A stretch of DNA of 56,126 bases, the filler included, from Sphacelaria rigidula (lineage: Eukaryota): NCBI GenBank assembly GCA_964200075.2. It is 4 parts of 4 records of this genome, joined end to end, with 100 filler letters (N's around TTAATTAATTAA, not from the genome) between each part and the next. Parts side by side here need not be neighbours in the genome. Positions count along the whole stretch, not along the records: positions 42,171 to 56,126 come from CAXNAA020002555.1; 3 more parts are not named here. One strand, 5' to 3'. Shown here piece by piece: positions 50,755-56,126 of the stretch (positions are counted from its first letter, which is position 1; the number at the start of each line of letters is the position of its first letter). Both the position numbers and the translations under genes were made by a program. The notes beneath the pieces are model-generated. The model was given only the letters and a program-made list of their open reading frames with translations, was not told where the DNA came from and searched no databases.

Positions 50755-53480
50755 ACCAAAATCGGTCCATTGAGAACATTAGATACTGTAGATGGATAGA
50801 AAGCAACGTTTCTCTCGAGCGGCAGGAGAACTTTACTCCGGAACTGGCTGGATGGGAAGTACTTCGCTCCAATACAATTCGTTCGCATTTTCGTCCTCAT
50901 CAGCTTATATCCACCCCCGTTGTTGCAACTTCCTCCACGCCATTTGTCCGTCTTGTTTGGTGCGGAAGGAAGCAGTTTGCCAAGAATATGAGACACGGAG
51001 CAAGTTTTTCCTCAAGCGCTACGAAAACCACATTCCGCTTCCATCTAACGAGATGATAGAGGTGATGGAGTTGGCTCCAACACCTGCCTTATTTGCATTT
51101 TCCCATCAAATTATTTCCTTCATGTTTCCCTCAGCTCTCGCGTGTTTCTCATGGTACAGTACATGAAGAATCGATCCCGTCCTCCAAGAACGCAGGATGC
51201 TGTGAAGACAGTCCAATGTTTCTCTTGAGCACTAAAAACAACCATATTTCATCCCTCTCACTTGATCACAGGAGCTGACAGGGGGGGGTAGCGCATTTCC
51301 TTCCAAGGCTGTCCGATCGCCGTTCAATTATTTTTCGTCCTGTTATTTTTTTCGGTTTCCCCCCTCCTTTTCCCTCAATGAACAAGAGGCCGCCCATGAC
51401 ACATACAGACATACCGTACATTCGTACTGCATGATGCATGCCTAGCTGTGGCATCACTTGGTTCTACGCCGCATCAACAACACGACACGGCCGTCTGGGA
51501 TATACTAACTGCTGCATGTACTGACGCACAAGATACTATAACGACATGAAGCATGACTGCAAGGTTGTATACTGTCTGTAGGGTATGGGCGTGCCGGGTA
51601 CGGCTATGGAGGTTGTACAGGACTCACAGATTCCCGGGTACGGGTATGGGCCGTCATATCCGCACCCTTACCCCTACCCTCGTAGTTTCGACAAGTATAC
51701 TCGTACCTCGGATATTGTACAGAATATGTACAGAGATTATGAAAGTTCTGGGCACGGGTATGAATGTCTTGCAGAACTCACACAAGTTCCAGACACGGGC
51801 AATAAATACCCCCCGTAAATGCCCTGGGTACGATTCTGCATGTACCCTACAGAACACAAGCTTGCATGATTGGATGTTTGCAAATATCCTGTCACCTCAC
51901 TCGAGCGGAAACACGGCCAACACAATAATACTAGCTATTATAGTGCGAGTGGAAACACTTGAAATGTCTGTCCGCACACGTGAGTGGATAGACCCACTCT
52001 TCACGTACCTCGGAGTGGATGTAAAATAACTGGAACATGGCATTTCAATATTTCTCAGTTAATCCCCATGATTCATCTAGCGGAAGTACTAGTAAGTACC
52101 GCTGACATATGATCCAGCCAGTGGAAAAGGGTACCCTTAACTTGTAACTTGTAACTGATCAAGTGCAAAAATTGTACCCTTGACTTATACCGTATGCGAA
52201 AATAGGTGCCGCTGAGATATACGGTATATTTCATGCAGTAGAAAAATACTTCCTCTGTCTCATAAGTCTGTGCCGTTATGTTTGTATCAGCCCTTAACGA
52301 TGTCCGATTTGATCTTCGATTTTTTTGTTGCATTCGTTGGCGTTTTGCTCGAGATGTTGATATGAAAGACTTGCAAGACTTGGTGCCTGTTGCTGAGAAC
52401 GTGCGCAAGTGGCACCTGGGAGGCGAGGAGAGCGCGGACCACTTCGAGGAGACATGGCAAGGCAAAGACCCAAGCATCCCGACCCAAGGCAGGAGCAAGA
52501 GGCTGCTACGCTGAGGACCACCACTAGATAAGCCGCCACCGTTGGCGCAACAACGACAACAACATCCTACAAGGAGGACAAGATTGAAACGACCGAGAGG
52601 GCGACCGGTTTTCTCCCTGACTAGGAATGAGTGGCGATCGGGGGAGTGGGGAGTGGGGAGGGGAGTCACACAGAAAACACACACTCGTTTTTATCCTATC
52701 GGCTGTTGCCTTGCATCCTTGACCTGTAACTCTCGCAGTGTTCTCTCGCTTTGTTTCCTGACCGTGGTCTTCTTCGTTTTCCGCTGTCCTCATTGTTTCC
52801 TCTCCTGCCTCATTGGTTTCACTTCTTTTTTTTGTCTTTTCTTCTGCAGACTATGGTCATATGGTGTACAGTATCGTCTCTCCTTCTTGCAGAGTTGGCG
52901 ACCGAGAGTTCCTGTCATGTAGTGCGATCACCAGACAGTTGACTCGCCACCTTCCTCTACCGTCTCGCCTAGTGTACGACCTCCTACCTGAGCCCTGGCA
53001 GGAGTTTATCGGGGTTATCGTCGGGATCGTTGCTAGCTCTTAGCCCGGACTTTTGTCGTTCGTTTCCCCTCCTCCGTTTTCCCCTTACTTTATTTGCTTC
53101 GTTCCACTGTCCTTTCTTTGTACTGCTGTTCACCGTATTTCCTCTTTTCCTTCGTTTATGTTCTTTCTCTTTCCAGGAGTTCCCTCCAGCGGATATTTCC
53201 GTTCATATTAGAGGAACATATTTGCGATCGCAAACCGTTGGGCCCGACTGCTAACGTGTATCTAGCGTGGCCCTGTTTGACAGATGATATACACAGACGA
53301 GGAGCTACAGCACTCGAGAAAACGGCGTCTCTGTACATACTGACTCGACCCGAAACTCCACTCGGGCGAGATTACCAGTCGTGGTTCAGCAGCACTTTGG
53401 CGAGTTGCCCATCGGACAATGATCTTAGGCTCCGTATCAGTGATTCACATGCCACTCTGGAAAGATATTGCGCTGTTCTA
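50755..53480 (+). CDS. Putative multi-exon gene of unknown function (possibly TE-borne or degenerate)
   Basis: Polypyrimidine tracts with AG acceptors at about 50754, 51159, 52849 and 53177 precede open frames (QNRSIENIRYCRWIES.., EAVCQEYETRSKFFLKRYENH.., YMKNRSRP.., DVDMKDLQDL.., DYGHMVYS.., SSLQRIFPFILEEH..); the first three are phase-compatible; no domain recognised. Confidence 0.35.
51560..51864. mobile_element. hAT-type MITE, 305 bp
   Basis: Imperfect TIR CAAGGTTGT..CTGTAGGGTA / TACCCTACAG..ACAAGCTTG; TSD CATGACTG/CATGATTG (7/8); CGGGTA subterminal repeats. Confidence 0.75.
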
Positions 53481-56126
53481 TGAGCACTAGTACCCGAGAT
53501 ACGTTTTTTTTTTCATATTCCCTGCGGGAAGCTTCTTGCGAGCACGGAGTAGATTTTTCAACCATTTTTTCTATTCTTCAAAACAGCAAGAGTTGCGCCG
53601 CACGCATGCTGCACCACGACAGCAGCAAACCACACGTTGTACAACGGCTCAAAGACAGCGAGGCGCACCAATCGCACTCGAGACCGACGGGTACTCACGC
53701 TCGCTTCCGTACTAGAAGTGCGTGTGTGGGGGTATAGTGTAAGTATACAACATGTAGAGACGTTTTTTTTAGGGGCGAGCAGAGCGCAGAGCTTTTTTCT
53801 CTTCCTCTAAAGCCGTGATGTATCGGCACATCTTGACGTGCAAATCATTGTAGAGGGATGCTACGGTAGGCGTGAATAACTATCTCATGAGGTTAGGATT
53901 GTTAGACGCCCTTTATCTCATGCGAAACACGACCTATGAAATATGTGAGAGTACGCCGTGAGTACTATTTCAATGTACTAGGGATATCCCGAACGAATTC
54001 GCAAGCGAGGATGCCCTGACCCATATTCTTGTGCATCTAGAACCGTTAGGAGCCCCTAAACCAGACAAAATTGTGCGCAAAAAGTGAACCCCTACCGTCG
54101 CATTGTTCTGTAGGCGGCAGCGTCACCGGGAGGCTGTACTGCACAACGGATGGATGTGTCGGAACAAAGCTCCTTCAGAACCTACAACAAATTCAGATCA
54201 TGTCATTCCAAAAAATACCCGAGTAAGTACAAAAACTTTTGACAATTGTTTCACCACCTCTCCTGAAATGCCCTCTGATTTTAATTTCAGGTATCTTACC
54301 TACAAAATAAAGGGGGTAACATCGAAAACTTTGCACTTGAAAGCTGGCCAAAAGTAGCCATTTCACAGGAAAGGCTGCTCTGCACCAGCGCTGATATTTT
54401 CAGGTGATTACCGAGAGTTGTTGTCCCTTGATATGTGGCAGACACGATCTCCATGAGTGAACGAGAAAAATGCGCCGGACACTTTCCGATTTTCCTCGTC
54501 TCTTTCTCGAGTTTGAGGGACAGGGTTGTCAACCGAGAACCAAAGAATAAAAAAATGCCTCCTCAGAAGTAAGACTCAAATTTCGAACAAAGGGCCCACC
54601 GCTCTTTATTTTTGCTCCTCCACAAAGAACATCCATACCAAATTTCTAGGGTTAACTCACAAAATTCATCGGGACTTTTCGCTGAGAAGGCATCCTGTGA
54701 CTTTTTTCTGGAACCAGCCTGTATCTTCTCTGCGATTTTTGCAAGAAAGTTCTTCCATGTTTTTGGGAACTCCGAATTTTTCCCCTCTTTTCCCCTCGTA
54801 GCACTAATGTGCAGTTGGTTGTTATATACTCGCAGTGTGCAGCTTTGCGTACTCACACTCTCCTTGCTGAGCACGCACCGACTGCACTGTACTAGACATG
54901 TGCCTTTGCGGTGTTGTGGGGTGATCCTGATGATGTTACTTGCTTGAGGTGCTCCTACTGTATATGAGGACACGTTGAGATGGGTCTGGAATCTAGCAGG
55001 GGGGCAAGCACGGCAATGATCCCAGAACTGCCGTGCTTCCTGTTCCGCGATTGGGCGTGAAAAAAAACGGCGAGAGTTGATAAGTCCCCAAAATCAAATG
55101 AATCGTATTGTGCAGAACGGGTCTAGATACATCGACTCCCATCACTCTAAACTGCGGGGATGTAACTTGTGCGTGTCCAAGCACAGCAGGTGCTCTAGAC
55201 AGTGCATGCAGTGCACTACAGTACGGTACAGCCAGCCGTGCAGCATGTACATTGCGTGGACGAGTGCAGTACTGTACAGTACTGTATATAAGAGGGCACA
55301 TTCATGCTGCACACGCGTAGTACTCGTTCACTGGCGCCAGCTGATGGTAGTGCCGAACAGCGTTTCGCCCAGCACGGTACCGTTGAGGGCTACGCATCAC
55401 TACTGCGCTGTACTGTATAGCGTTACCCTACTTCAGTGCATCTTGTGCAGCGCACTTACAGCAAGACGAAGGTTGTGTTGTGCGTCACGGAGTTGCAGCA
55501 CGGTGCAATGCTGTGCGGCAGCACAACATCTTGTACAGACAGTACGGTATGGTACAGCAACCTGCAGTACAGTCACTGGCACCTCGGCCATACCGCCCCC
55601 GTGGAACGGCGTAGGTGCTGTTTAGCCAGGGAGAACTTCAAACTCAGATTTGCTTGCGGTTGGCGCTAAGTATGCGAGCTACAGTGAATGCCGTCCAGCA
55701 GGTCATCCCATGACAAGCAGAGGCCGCCTGGCAAACGATCGGTAGTAATCGTGCCTGGACTTTCTCACAGCCGCCTCGCTGGCTGCTTTACCTGGTGATA
55801 CAGAGATACATTGAACACGGCGGCGTGCTGCTCGCTGGGGGTGAAAACGTAGATATCCCCGCCCGGCACCCCCCTTCCATACGTGCCCCCCTTGAAATCA
55901 ACTCCCCGACTCTCGTGCTGTACATGAGCAGTATACCAAACATCGTTGCTTTCCTGGGGCCCGAAACAGGCGTTTAAATCAGACTATGGGACTGTACCGT
56001 CAGATGGTTGTACGATAGTTGTAAACAGAAAGTCGAGTCGGATCGCTACGAATACTCGCCAATGACGCCATGCACCAATAGTCAAGAGTGACCTATTTGT
56101 TGTGTGCGGGCACTGTAGCCCGATCA

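Noticed and set aside
55077..55625. 182-aa Cys-rich ORF
   Set aside because: Arises from a TACAGTA/TGCA low-complexity tract

Overview
Eukaryotic, intron-rich and repeat-dense genomic DNA. Gene structure and repeat style suggest a stramenopile, probably a brown alga; this is inference only. The window is not contiguous. It is four unlinked contigs of 13957, 13957, 13956 and 13956 bp (1-13957, 14058-28014, 28115-42070, 42171-56126), joined by 100-bp N44-TTAATTAATTAA-N44 linkers. Contig 3 carries nine phase-consistent exons (about 408 aa, minus strand) of a class Ia ribonucleotide reductase large subunit, truncated by the contig end. Contig 2 carries three spliceable exons of a divergent 6-phosphofructo-2-kinase-like domain with large low-complexity insertions. 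Contigs 1 and 4 contain only weakly supported exons of unknown proteins. The rest is non-autonomous mobile DNA: PIF/Harbinger-, hAT- and Tc1/mariner-type MITEs (several with intact TSDs, some nested), foldback elements, two tRNA-headed SINE families and microsatellites. The most unusual signal is an abundant short retroposon-like family (about 12 or more copies). It has a fixed end followed by poly(C) rather than poly(A), variable truncation at the other end, and one copy with a perfect 15-bp TSD. Almost all ORFs in the six-frame track are spurious. No prokaryotic-type system (CRISPR, operon) is present.
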